Virus record (IMG/VR): IMGVR_UViG_3300044612_003086
Span: 1-64,000 of that record
DNA: 64,000 nucleotides
From: an uncultured virus (IMG/VR IMGVR_UViG_3300044612_003086)
Taxonomy: Duplodnaviria; Heunggongvirae; Uroviricota; Caudoviricetes
Direction: 5' to 3' (one strand)
Under the pieces are notes generated by a model, which was given only the letters and a program-made list of their open reading frames with translations, made no database searches and was not told the DNA's origin. The first letter of the stretch is position 1, and each line of letters begins with the position of its first letter. Of the stretch, positions 1 through 9,401 are shown in pieces. The position numbers and the translations under genes were made by a program.

Positions 1-127
1 TAGCTCTGGTTGAATCGTGTTCGCCCCAGTTCTCGTACTCGATTCGAGACCGTTCCTGTCTGTCTCGTTTCTTGTTAGCGCGACGCTTGCCAGCTGAGTA
101 GATAATTGCTGCGCGTATCAGGCCCAT
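1..127 (-). CDS. hypothetical protein, partial (runs off left end)
   Basis: ATG at 127 with AGGAGA RBS; frame open to the window edge. Confidence 0.5.
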   Translation of the reverse strand, partial: MGLIRAAIIYSAGKRRANKKRDRQERSRIEYENWGEHDSTRA

Positions 128-137
128 GTCTATCTCC

Positions 138-464
138 TTACGGTTCTAATATGCCCAAGGGGTCGTTTTGATTTATGTAATATTCGGTGTCTTTACAGTA
201 ATCGGAACTGCGTGTGCTAAATGATTTCTGTGAGCACCAATCCTCTTTGAAATCACCAACAAAAAACCAAAAAGCCCAATACAGCGGCAATGCAAAGAAA
301 AAGAAAAATATAAATATTGAATAAGTTCTTGTAGACGTTTGGTCAAGGGCTGAATCAATAATTCCGCGACCGCCTAGTGGGGTGTGGTTATAAAGCGCGC
401 TACCGCCACGCCAGCTTAATAGTGCAGCTACCACCAAGCACGAGCCAAAATACACAATGCCCAT
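138..464 (-). CDS. hypothetical membrane protein
   Basis: 108 aa ORF with two hydrophobic segments, co-oriented with neighbours. Confidence 0.6.
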   Translation of the reverse strand: MGIVYFGSCLVVAALLSWRGGSALYNHTPLGGRGIIDSALDQTSTRTYSIFIFFFFFALPLYWAFWFFVGDFKEDWCSQKSFSTRSSDYCKDTEYYINQNDPLGILEP

Positions 465-513
465 CTTCCACCACCGTCATCTTTCTAGTAACTTTTTTAA
501 ATTGCTTTTTTAT

Positions 514-1182
514 TTATACCGTGAGCTCGAGGTTAAACCAACCTCGTTCCCACATAATTCCAATTGCTGAGTAGCCGACAATATCGGTGTATGTGTCTGA
601 GATTGATTCGTTGTTAGGCGCAGCAGACTGCAGCATTAAGTTCTTTAATCTTGCAATTTTGTCATGCACGCGCACGAGGAGACCATGGCGTCCAAATCTT
701 GAAATATTATGGTGACCGTAGTCGTGCTGCTTGCGAATCAAAGTTTCGGTTATTTGTTCCCGAATCATCCAGCTGTCGAAGACTTCGGTACCGCTAGCAC
801 TCAAATTTTCCATTTTTTTGTAGTTGCTGCCGGCCGCAGCATCTGGCAAAAAACTTCCATTTTTCATTCCTCCAGAAGCAGCAATCGCCCCCAGCATTTT
901 CCACTCTTCTGCCCAATACATCTGGTCAGCTTCGAACCATTTCGAAGTATTAATCATTCCCTCGAATTGGATGTCGAGGTGACCTTGGAAAAGGAGGAAC
1001 GTCTCGAGCTCGGAATTCAATTTTTCATAATTTTCTGAGGAGATTAGTGTGATTCTGGATTCTCCGCGGTCGGCCATGATGGCTGCCGTTGAGTCAAAAA
1101 TCGAAGAAACACAAACCTTGGCAGCATCTTGCCATCTTCTGGGTTCAAATGGTCCCTCGGTATCAACAGCTGTGATTTGCAT
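514..1182 (-). CDS. DUF1599 / nucleotide-modification-associated (MazG-like helical) domain protein
   Basis: C-terminal RKQHDYG...LLVRVHDKIARLKNL...ESISDTYTDIVGYS matches the DUF1599 pattern; GGGAAA RBS. Confidence 0.7.
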   Translation of the reverse strand: MQITAVDTEGPFEPRRWQDAAKVCVSSIFDSTAAIMADRGESRITLISSENYEKLNSELETFLLFQGHLDIQFEGMINTSKWFEADQMYWAEEWKMLGAIAASGGMKNGSFLPDAAAGSNYKKMENLSASGTEVFDSWMIREQITETLIRKQHDYGHHNISRFGRHGLLVRVHDKIARLKNLMLQSAAPNNESISDTYTDIVGYSAIGIMWERGWFNLELTV

Positions 1183-1228
1183 AATTTCCCTTTTCTTTTA
1201 ATTTAAAACCAGGCGTCTTCCACCACCG

Positions 1229-1744
1229 TCATTCAGATTCATTGGAATCCAGCAATGATTCCCATTTATCTGGTGGGTTGGCTGCCAGCTCCAGCCTAAC
1301 AATTTCCACTAGCTTTTCCAATTCGTTCATCCAGGCAACATCACCGATACCAGTGAGCCCCGCGTTTTCTTCCAACAAATCAACTGTTTTAATCTTCGAG
1401 CGAATGAATTCATCAGAAAATGCCGCAATGATGTTCTTGTCATTTGCTCCCGGCATGAGGACAGGACCTTCCCGTCCATCGAGTGATGACTTTGGTGCAT
1501 GAATTGCGGTAATTGCATATGTGCCCTCAGTGAAGACGAAGATGACATTGTGTTGATTTTTTGTTGTTTCTTGGATTTGAGTCTGGAGCTCTTTGGCTAG
1601 CTCTGGGTCGACATTGTTTTTGGACAATACTTCGGCCAGCTCTTTCTTGCCCTTGTCCCCGTGTCCTAGTTCAATCCATTCCTTTTGATTCTTTTTCTCT
1701 TCCATGGTGATGCACCCCTTGCTTGTTTGGTGCGTCAATGACAT
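1229..1744 (-). CDS. hypothetical protein
   Basis: 171 aa ORF; start may be the downstream ATG at 1705 (AAGGGG RBS). Confidence 0.7.
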   Translation of the reverse strand: MSLTHQTSKGCITMEEKKNQKEWIELGHGDKGKKELAEVLSKNNVDPELAKELQTQIQETTKNQHNVIFVFTEGTYAITAIHAPKSSLDGREGPVLMPGANDKNIIAAFSDEFIRSKIKTVDLLEENAGLTGIGDVAWMNELEKLVEIVRLELAANPPDKWESLLDSNESE

Positions 1745-1969
1745 CGCAGGTTGCCATGGCGCTTTATATACAATTGTAGATATGGAAAAATTTGCCTGAT
1801 TTGCTCATGCATTTATCCACGTCGTATACGTTAGCCGCCACGTGGGATAAAAGCAAATCTATTTAAAAATATTTCCAAGATAAAAAAATCTTTTTTCTTC
1901 CACCACCGCGGCCGGCTGCAGCTCCGCGTTAATTGTAAAAAAATCAATTTATTTACTTGTCACCCCTGG

Positions 1970-1983
1970 CGAACATATGTTCG
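1970..1983. promoter_or_regulatory. LexA (SOS) box, Gram-positive/actinobacterial type
   Basis: Perfect CGAAC-ATAT-GTTCG, 2 bp upstream of a TATCGT -10 element and 15 bp upstream of the ATG at 1999. Confidence 0.65.
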
Positions 1984-1998
1984 TCTATCGTTACAAGT

Positions 1999-2373
1999 AT
2001 GGACAACAACACCAAATTCAATACCTACATCAAGGCACTTGAGCAATACATTGCACGAGAAGGAAATTCAAAAGTTCCGGCAATTCATGTTGAAAATTTT
2101 GAAGAAAAAGATGTAACTCTTGGAGCTTGGGCTGGATACATTCGCCAGAGATTTCGCAAAGGTCAATTGAGTCAGGAAAGAATTGACATAATTTCACAAA
2201 TTTCCCAGTGGCAGTGGGGCCCGTTTCAACCGGGTCCAGCAACTGACTCAAAAAGAAATGAAGTAATTCGCAACATGCGGACCGAGGGTAAGTCCCTTCG
2301 GGAAATTGCAGATGAGTTTGATTTGAGCCGGCAGCGGGTCCATCAAATTGTTAAAAAATTAAAGATTTCTTAA
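1999..2373 (+). CDS. helicase-associated (HA) domain + sigma70 region-4-like HTH DNA-binding protein
   Basis: ALEQYIAREGNSKVP...LGAWAGYIRQRFRKGQLSQERI (HA pattern) followed by GKSLREIADEFDLSRQRVHQI (HTH); probably leaderless. Confidence 0.8.
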   Translation: MDNNTKFNTYIKALEQYIAREGNSKVPAIHVENFEEKDVTLGAWAGYIRQRFRKGQLSQERIDIISQISQWQWGPFQPGPATDSKRNEVIRNMRTEGKSLREIADEFDLSRQRVHQIVKKLKIS

Positions 2374-2423
2374 ATCCAGGAAAGTCTTCCACCACCGTCA
2401 AGTTCCTAGGAGCTCAGAAGAAC

Positions 2424-2717
2424 ATGCCTTCCAAAAATACTCAAAAAATTGGAAATTCTTTTCCTCGTCCGCTGCCGAACCCAATTTCTGGCGGGGCTCC
2501 AACGGTAAATGGGGGCATGAAGGCAATTCTTGCGATTCTGAATCTTGTGTTTGTGTCGGTCATGCTCGGCTCGGTTCTGTATCTTGCTCTGCGTGTCGTG
2601 AGCGTGGACGGCAGTGGAGTGAGTATCACACTCTCTCTGTGGCGTTGCGTGGTGCTGGCGTTGTTCTACACGCTGTGGCGACTTGTCGTTACTGCACTCT
2701 TGCGTGTGCGTGACTAA
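2424..2717 (+). CDS. hypothetical membrane protein
   Basis: 97 aa, two TM-like segments, AGGAG RBS. Confidence 0.55.
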   Translation: MPSKNTQKIGNSFPRPLPNPISGGAPTVNGGMKAILAILNLVFVSVMLGSVLYLALRVVSVDGSGVSITLSLWRCVVLALFYTLWRLVVTALLRVRD

Positions 2718-2879
2718 CAACTTATCTAGTAAGTAGATACGAGCGAATCGCATGCACTTATCTAGTTCATGTGTATTGACTAGATAAGTACCAGTGGTGA
2801 TACTGACTAGATAAGTACCGAGTGTGATACACGCAATACAAGTAAGCAGAATCATTATCAGCACTTATCTAGTCCTTTC

Positions 2880-3101
2880 TCAAACAATTTCTAAGTCAAG
2901 TTCAGCGAGTGAACTCAACTGCGAAATGAAGTCAATACCTTCGTTCCACAGTAGATTCTCGTAGTCCTCACTTGCTTTCTTTGGTGTGTACGAGCCTGTC
3001 GTAATTTCGTCCAGTATTCCAGTCAAATAATGAATCGCATGTTTCAGGCTGTCTTGCAGTTCGCTCAATGCTTCCTGCACTGCTTCATCGGGTGTGTCCA
3101 C
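2880..3101 (-). CDS. hypothetical protein
   Basis: 73 aa acidic ORF; AAAGGA RBS, GTG start overlapping the 11-mer. Confidence 0.7.
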   Translation of the reverse strand: MDTPDEAVQEALSELQDSLKHAIHYLTGILDEITTGSYTPKKASEDYENLLWNEGIDFISQLSSLAELDLEIV

Positions 3102-3139
3102 TTATCTAGTCCTTTCACTTATCTAGTAGGTATTGGGAG

Positions 3140-3293
3140 TGCCTAGCCCTCTCGTAGAGCGTTAGAAACGGAAAGTGTATCGCTTGGTATTCAGAGCGAC
3201 ACACGCTCGCCGAGAGAGCGTAGGCAAGTCGTACACGGTTCTCCCCAACTGTGTACGCCAAGAGTGGGGGCTGGCTCTCACCAACCCCCACCC
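3140..3293 (-). ncRNA. candidate structured RNA (three consecutive hairpins)
   Basis: Long imperfect stem 3140-3226 plus hairpins 3230-3257 and 3262-3293; most mismatches become G-U pairs on the minus strand. Confidence 0.45.
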
Positions 3294-3311
3294 GAGGACT
3301 TATCTAGTCAC

Positions 3312-4853
3312 TCAAGCGAGTGGGATTTTGCCCATGTGTCTGCGCCACACATCACGGAACATCGCTGGATAGACACTCCGTGCCGTTCCACCGTTGCTCA
3401 ATGACTTGAGTTGCTTTATCGCTTCCTCAACATGAGGAACAACGATGTAGTTGTTCTTGCGAGCGTAGGTGAGACACTGCATAGCGAGTGAATCGTGGAA
3501 ACTGTCGTTCACGCCACACACTCCACCGTCTGTTACCCAAACAAGAGGAGTGCGAGAATCTTTGCGATTCTTTACGCCCCACTGAATTGCTGGATAGTCC
3601 ACGCCGTTGCCGTGTCCGTAGTCAATTCCTTCCACTGTCTCAACCATGCGTCCTTTGTCGCCAACGACCCATGCGTTATGACCACGACTACCTCTGTCGG
3701 AGTAGAGCAACACAGTAGCCCCAGGGGCATGCTCAATAATTTCGGCAATTTGTTCTGTCGTGAACGACATAGAACCACTTGCGTCAATAACGACCATGCC
3801 ACCACTGCCACGCACCTTTCGGTCAAACACTCGCATAGCAGGGTCGGTCATCATGCGTTGCATACGGCGAGGTCTGCGACCTGCGTTTGTTGCAATACGC
3901 TTCTTACCGATACCACCTTTGCTGTAGCGAGGCATTGGCATACGCTCAAGACGAAGTTCGCCCCATTTCGGAGTGCCAGTGGTGATAGCAGACGGAGTTA
4001 TGTCCTTGAGTGGATTTCCGTCCTTGTCGCCTTCACCTTCCTTGCCTTCACCTTCGTTGCTGTGGGCTTTGGACTTATCTAGTGAGTTACCTTCGCCCTC
4101 GCCACCAGCCTTGCTCTTGCTCGGCTTTGGTTGCTTCCGTTCCTTTGGTGGTGGGAACGAAGCGAGCCTGTCCACCCACTCGGCGAGTTGTTCCGTGTAG
4201 GTGAATCCGAACGGCGCAAGTCCGTTGTGAACTGTCGTGTTAGCCAAGTGACCAGTGCGATGAGCCTTCTTCATCTCACGCACGGCTCGCTTGCCAATGT
4301 CTAGCAGTTGGTCGCCCCATGCACGATTCACTCTGCGAACGCCGTTGAGAAATTGCTTGTGTCCAGCACTTCCAGCAGTTCCAACGCACATAGCAACTGC
4401 CATTGCCCAGTCGTTAGTTTCTGCGCAACGCTGTCCACTTGCGAGTTCGCTTCCGTCAGCAAGGTGTTTCTTTACATCTATCCCTGCCTGTTGGCAGAGA
4501 AAGTTCACACGAAGTTCCTCAACGACAGTGAGTGCTGTAGCCGAAGCCATTTCACGCTTGACCCACTCTGCCATTTGTGCCGAATCAGGCGACACCTTTG
4601 CGTGCATGAGTTCGTGCGCACGAATCGCCCGAGCCTTGTCGTCATTGTCCGTTGGTGCGAACATGATTTTGTTAGTCACATCGGTCATTGGCTCGCCACG
4701 CACGGCTTGGCAGTGTTCTACTGTCCAAACTCCGTGTGCTTGGTCACGCCGACCGAGAAGGGTTGCCTCGGCTTTGGCGTTACCCCGAGTGGACTTATCT
4801 AGTCCACTCGGGAACGCCTTGCCAGCAACATGCTTGCCAGCAGGTTGAGACAT
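3312..4853 (-). CDS. HExxH metallopeptidase-like + vWA (MIDAS) domain protein, partner of the adjacent AAA+ ATPase
   Basis: HELMH, VVIDASGSM and VWVTDG motifs; low-complexity linker; overlaps the AAA gene stop. Confidence 0.8.
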   Translation of the reverse strand: MSQPAGKHVAGKAFPSGLDKSTRGNAKAEATLLGRRDQAHGVWTVEHCQAVRGEPMTDVTNKIMFAPTDNDDKARAIRAHELMHAKVSPDSAQMAEWVKREMASATALTVVEELRVNFLCQQAGIDVKKHLADGSELASGQRCAETNDWAMAVAMCVGTAGSAGHKQFLNGVRRVNRAWGDQLLDIGKRAVREMKKAHRTGHLANTTVHNGLAPFGFTYTEQLAEWVDRLASFPPPKERKQPKPSKSKAGGEGEGNSLDKSKAHSNEGEGKEGEGDKDGNPLKDITPSAITTGTPKWGELRLERMPMPRYSKGGIGKKRIATNAGRRPRRMQRMMTDPAMRVFDRKVRGSGGMVVIDASGSMSFTTEQIAEIIEHAPGATVLLYSDRGSRGHNAWVVGDKGRMVETVEGIDYGHGNGVDYPAIQWGVKNRKDSRTPLVWVTDGGVCGVNDSFHDSLAMQCLTYARKNNYIVVPHVEEAIKQLKSLSNGGTARSVYPAMFRDVWRRHMGKIPLA

Positions 4854-5581
4854 TATTTCACCCCGTCAATGGCGAGTGCGTCAAGAATCTGACGGGAACG
4901 GTCGCCGAAAGTGAGTGAGCATGCTCGTTCCATGCCAACGCTCGCACGGAGTTTGTCCAATGCGATGAACGCACGAAGTGAGATACGGTCGTCACCAGCG
5001 TCAGCCATGCGAACGGCGTACTTGCGCAAGTCAGGAGACAAGCGAAGCAGTGCGCTCGGGTGTGGCTCGTTGATACGAATACGAATCGGGAAACGGTCAG
5101 CGAGTGCTGTTGGCAACTCACCCATGTTCTCAATGTTCGTGGTCATAATTGCCGAGAATCCACCGAGAGGACGAATCACTTCGCCAGTTTCAGGATGCTC
5201 AAACGAAGCAGATTCAGGTGAATCCAACATCGCCAAGAGTGTTGCGAACACATCGCCCGAAGCCTTATCTACTTCGTCCACGATGAGTCGTCCACCCTCT
5301 GTTCCGTTGCCCTTCCATGCCTTGAGAGCCGAACCGTCCAGCCACATGAAGCCACCTTTGCCGTTCGGCATGAAGCCACCTGTAACATCCATGTTCGTCA
5401 TGTCCTCGGTGCAGACCAGTCGGAACGCACCAGCGTCCACTTTGCCGAGCGTCATGCCAGCGTAGGTCTTTCCGATACCTGATGGACCGTAGAGGATTAC
5501 TCGGTCTATCCCTGCGTTGAGGCAGTCCTCAAGTGCTTTCCAGCACTCGGGGAGAGCCGTTGTTTCTGTCTGTGCAACCAT
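4853..5581 (-). CDS. MoxR/CbbQ/CobS-like AAA+ ATPase
   Basis: Walker A GPSGIGKT, Walker B LIVDEVDK, sensor MTTN, ALADRF. Confidence 0.88.
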   Translation of the reverse strand: MVAQTETTALPECWKALEDCLNAGIDRVILYGPSGIGKTYAGMTLGKVDAGAFRLVCTEDMTNMDVTGGFMPNGKGGFMWLDGSALKAWKGNGTEGGRLIVDEVDKASGDVFATLLAMLDSPESASFEHPETGEVIRPLGGFSAIMTTNIENMGELPTALADRFPIRIRINEPHPSALLRLSPDLRKYAVRMADAGDDRISLRAFIALDKLRASVGMERACSLTFGDRSRQILDALAIDGVK

Positions 5582-5888
5582 TGGTATTTCTCCGTTTCTA
5601 GTAGTTGGGTTGGTTGTCGTGTACCACTGTAGCGACCCGACAGCAGATTTATCTCGCCACTTATCTAGTTAGTTCATACCACTTATCTAGTCAGTCCACT
5701 TATCTAGTTAGTTTCACTCGGACACTTATCTAGTTAGTTCCAGCCACTCGGTAATCGTTCGGCAACTTGCACCCGACCACCCCGTGCCTCGCCAACTTAC
5801 ACCCGACCACCCCGAGCCTCGCTTCCTTTGGAAGCCCCGCGGACTTATCTAGTTAGATACAGAATTATTAGATTTTTGACTTATCTAG

Positions 5889-6368
5889 TTAGTCAGGTCG
5901 CTTGGCGATAGAGATTCGGTACAAGCCACGCTTGACCTTGATGAACTCTGGAGTTTCGTTCACGAACCCGAGTGTCGTCTGATACGAGAATCCACACTGC
6001 TCAACCAGTTGCTCGGTGGTGAACTCTTTACCGTCTTGGGTCTTTGCCCACTCCATAAACGCACCCCATTTGTCCTTGCGTTTTTCAGGCTTCTGCATTG
6101 CTTCCCTCTGGACTTCCTTGCCACAGTATGTCTGAATAATGTGGTCGGCGATGTGGGGAAGCACGGAGTAAGAGTTCAGGTAAGAAAGCACATTTTTGCT
6201 TCCACCTTCCCTTTGCCATAATTGCAGTACATGTAGCCCACGAATCAGTTCGCTGGCATTGGACGCTTGTTCTTTGGGAATCCGATACATCGTTCCGAAT
6301 TCTTTTTCCATTTCCTTCCACATCTCTTTGTGGATTCCGTCAATGAATTCATCAGTCAGTTTTTTCAT
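5889..6368 (-). CDS. hypothetical protein, possible C-terminal winged HTH
   Basis: 159 aa; AAAGG RBS; own promoter element at 6414-6441. Confidence 0.7.
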   Translation of the reverse strand: MKKLTDEFIDGIHKEMWKEMEKEFGTMYRIPKEQASNASELIRGLHVLQLWQREGGSKNVLSYLNSYSVLPHIADHIIQTYCGKEVQREAMQKPEKRKDKWGAFMEWAKTQDGKEFTTEQLVEQCGFSYQTTLGFVNETPEFIKVKRGLYRISIAKRPD

Positions 6369-6732
6369 GGCTACCTTTCTAGCGGAACTTTATCCCGACT
6401 TGCCCGTCACTCCAGATTATCTTTTGGTAGGCAGACTTATCTGGTACGGCAACGCAAGAAAGTTATTTTTTTGACCACCTGACATCGAGGGCACTTCCTT
6501 TCCACCACCGTCAATTAGATTCACCACCCCCCGGGAATTAAATTTGTCAAATTTTTCATTTTTTTGCACGTTCTGGCGGCCGGCTGCGGCGGCTCTGGAT
6601 TTCTGGATTTTTTGGCAGCGAAACGCGGGGCTTACATGGTGAATCGGGTGCATAAAGAAAGAGGGTGGGTTTGACCCCACCCCCTGACTTATCTAGTTAG
6701 TTATCGGACTTATCTAGTAACTAGATAAGTGG

Positions 6733-7131
6733 CTACTGGTTCTTGAGAAAATCCTCAATGTCGGGAATCGTCTCTTTGGCTATTTCCCGTGCTTCCGAAT
6801 AAGCCATAGCGTCCATAATCAAGTCGTCCAGCATGTCTGCCAATGCACGGTCGTCCTCTGTGAGCAATGGTCCATCAGGACTTGGCACAAGAAACTTTAG
6901 CGCCTCATCCTTCTCCTTGTCGGGGAGTTGTGCAATTTCTTGCACCTGCGAGAAACTGAATCCCATTCGGTGACCATGATTCTGATAAACAAACAGTGCC
7001 TCGGTCAATGTCTGCAATGCGTCAAATCCGAATCTGATAAACGGATTCTCGGTGGGAAACTCGGTGTTATCAGAGAACACTTTTTTCATTATTTCTTGCA
7101 TTTCTTCATCATGGTTTTGTTGTTCGCTCAT
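6733..7131 (-). CDS. hypothetical protein
   Basis: 132 aa ORF, GAGG RBS. Confidence 0.7.
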   Translation of the reverse strand: MSEQQNHDEEMQEIMKKVFSDNTEFPTENPFIRFGFDALQTLTEALFVYQNHGHRMGFSFSQVQEIAQLPDKEKDEALKFLVPSPDGPLLTEDDRALADMLDDLIMDAMAYSEAREIAKETIPDIEDFLKNQ

Positions 7132-7280
7132 TTCACTTCCTCTTTCTGTTTGTCGTTGGTTATTAGCGAACGCAGGTCAAGCAACATGTCGGTCATTTCC
7201 GATGAAGCAACTAAGTCTCTGCCCGAGCAGTGACGAATCATTGTGTCCACCAGTTCGGTTGCTGTAAGTGTTTGGGTCAC
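7128..7280 (-). CDS. small hypothetical protein (50 aa, not in ORF track)
   Basis: GTG start in the 11-mer after AAGGGA; stop overlaps the next ATG (ATGA). Confidence 0.6.
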   Translation of the reverse strand: MTQTLTATELVDTMIRHCSGRDLVASSEMTDMLLDLRSLITNDKQKEEVK

Positions 7281-7284
7281 TTAT

Positions 7285-7989
7285 CTAGTTCCCTTCTTTG
7301 TCGTTGTCGGCTTCGGTGAGCAAGGTGTGAAACGCCTTTGCCTTTATTGCCATTTTCAGGTATGAAATCGTCTGAAGCATGGCATTGGTGAAACGAGCCT
7401 CAGCCATTTCGCTGTTCTCATCTGTCAGGTGAACAATGTCAGTGTCCACATCATCAAACATCGGTACACCTTGGTCGTCATAGGTGTAGGTGCTTGCGCT
7501 CATGTAAATCTTGTCCTGTTCCCAGTCCACGCCACTTACTACAAGACCCTCACGAACATCGGTGAAAGGGTTGTTTTGGAACTCATCTTTCAGCGATTCT
7601 CTTTCACTGTCACGGTCGGCTGGAGTCGTCAGGTCTGTGAAGCGACGCATGTAACCCTCAACAGCAACAAAGATGAAGTTCACTGGTGCTGTAGGCAAGT
7701 GACCAACAGCGTCAATGTAAGCGTCGTATGGGTCGCCTTTGTGAATCAGTGGAAGCATGGCAACATCGTATTGGCGTTCCAAGCCCAACTGCTTTGTGTA
7801 TTGACTTGCTGATTCAGCCAATTCATCATCTGTATCATCAGACTGGTGAATACGACCAATGATGAGCATTGGTGGGGTGTCGCTCATCGCAACCTCTTTG
7901 CACATTTCTTTTTTTGCATACTTGTTTCGGCGCATTACATCGCCGAGAATCTTTAGTATGTCGTTTGAGATTACTTGCTGTTCGCTCAT
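7285..7989 (-). CDS. hypothetical protein
   Basis: 234 aa, AAGGAG RBS, promoter element at 8020-8047; stop TAG supplied by the 11-mer. Confidence 0.75.
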   Translation of the reverse strand: MSEQQVISNDILKILGDVMRRNKYAKKEMCKEVAMSDTPPMLIIGRIHQSDDTDDELAESASQYTKQLGLERQYDVAMLPLIHKGDPYDAYIDAVGHLPTAPVNFIFVAVEGYMRRFTDLTTPADRDSERESLKDEFQNNPFTDVREGLVVSGVDWEQDKIYMSASTYTYDDQGVPMFDDVDTDIVHLTDENSEMAEARFTNAMLQTISYLKMAIKAKAFHTLLTEADNDKEGN

Positions 7990-8096
7990 GGCGTTTCTCC
8001 TTTGGTGGTAAGTACCAACACTGTATCTATTAGTAAGCAGACTTATCTAGTGAGTATGGGTGGGGTGTCCACTCCCCACCCATTTCACATCAGGCA

Positions 8097-8321
8097 TTAT
8101 TTTGCAATAATGTCTTGGGCGTTCACTTTCATCGCTTCGCACAACAATAGAAATGTCGTCATGCTTGGCGAGAAATGTCCGTTCTCAATGCGATTCACCG
8201 TTTTACGGTCAATGCCAGCCTTATTCGCCAGCGTTTCTTGTGACCACTCACGCTCAAGTCTTTCGTTCTTGAGTCGCTCTGCGATTCGCATTGTCTTTTT
8301 CTCAATGGCTGTAAGTGCCAT
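8097..8321 (-). CDS. XRE/Cro-family HTH transcriptional regulator
   Basis: WSQETLANKAGIDRKTVNRIENGHFSPS; AAGGAG RBS. Confidence 0.9.
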   Translation of the reverse strand: MALTAIEKKTMRIAERLKNERLEREWSQETLANKAGIDRKTVNRIENGHFSPSMTTFLLLCEAMKVNAQDIIAK

Positions 8322-8355
8322 GTCTTTCTCCTTTGTTTCTTGGTTGATTTTGGGT

Positions 8356-9123
8356 TTAGGACTTATCTAGTAAGTAATCGTCATACTGACTGAACGATAG
8401 TTTCTCCTTTCGCCTCTGATTAGAACGAATCCACGACACGATGAGTTGCATCGCCTTGTCGCACGAATCAACCATTTCATCGTCACGGTTTGCTCGCCAC
8501 TCACTCTGTGCTTCCCAGTATTCGTCCATTTGTTCATCGGTATCTTGGGGCATGCCCTCTATCTCCGAATCCATTTCGGTTACACCTTCGCCCTCAACAA
8601 TGAGTTCGCCATTGTGGATTACAACCCAACCAGCAAAGAACTCGGCTTCTTCCGTGAACACGACACCGAATACAAGTTTCGGGAACTGCTTTGAGATACG
8701 AGCGATAAGACCGTTACACGGCGACCATGCTGACTGGTAATACATTGAGACAGAACCCTTGTTGTAGTCGTCATCAGATACGCCAACATCACCTGCGCCC
8801 CACTTGCTTCCCCATACGGCGTTGGCATAGTCGTACCAGTCCTTGTAGCCGTACTTATCTAGGTTGTCTTGCATTTGCTTTTTGTGTTCAGCCTGTTTGT
8901 CCTCGGGAACTGAACCCGAAACCGTGTTCATCAACGCCTCGGGAATCGGGTCAAGGTGGTTGAGTGAATCAACTTCTACTTCTTTTTCACCAGTGGCTAC
9001 CCATTTGCCGTCTTGGATTTCTCCAGTCTTTTGCAATTCCTTTATCTTGAGTGATTTCAGGAATCGCTTGAGTTCAGGTTTCGGACCTGACACCTTCATT
9101 GTGTTACTGCACCAGTTTGGCAT
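8356..9123 (-). CDS. DUF1281/YubB-like ferredoxin-fold protein
   Basis: MPNWCSN start, WYDY...WGSKW, YQSAWSP motifs; AAAGGG RBS. Confidence 0.75.
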   Translation of the reverse strand: MPNWCSNTMKVSGPKPELKRFLKSLKIKELQKTGEIQDGKWVATGEKEVEVDSLNHLDPIPEALMNTVSGSVPEDKQAEHKKQMQDNLDKYGYKDWYDYANAVWGSKWGAGDVGVSDDDYNKGSVSMYYQSAWSPCNGLIARISKQFPKLVFGVVFTEEAEFFAGWVVIHNGELIVEGEGVTEMDSEIEGMPQDTDEQMDEYWEAQSEWRANRDDEMVDSCDKAMQLIVSWIRSNQRRKEKLSFSQYDDYLLDKS

Positions 9124-9401
9124 GCTCGCCCTTTCGTCTAGTAGTGGTACGACCCACTCTAGCCCCACACCAGCAGATTTATCAACCTGACTTATCTAGT
9201 CAGCATGTTCTTCCACCACCGTCAATGTCTTGATGTGTTCTCAACCCGACCCGACTTTCACCCGACCCACCCGTGAGCCGACCCAACTTCTTGCCGACCA
9301 CCCCGAACCAGCCCCACCCCATCACTTACCGTGTAAGCCCCGCGTCCCACTGTTTAGCCGGGGCTCAAAGGGTCGAGCTGGTTTAATTTGGTTGGACTTA
9401 T

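Noticed and set aside
2406..2864. 152-aa minus-strand ORF
   Set aside because: It has an RBS but is largely a translation of the 11-mer cluster (TYLV, LDK) and overlaps the more plausible plus-strand gene 2424-2717; unresolved, so not called.
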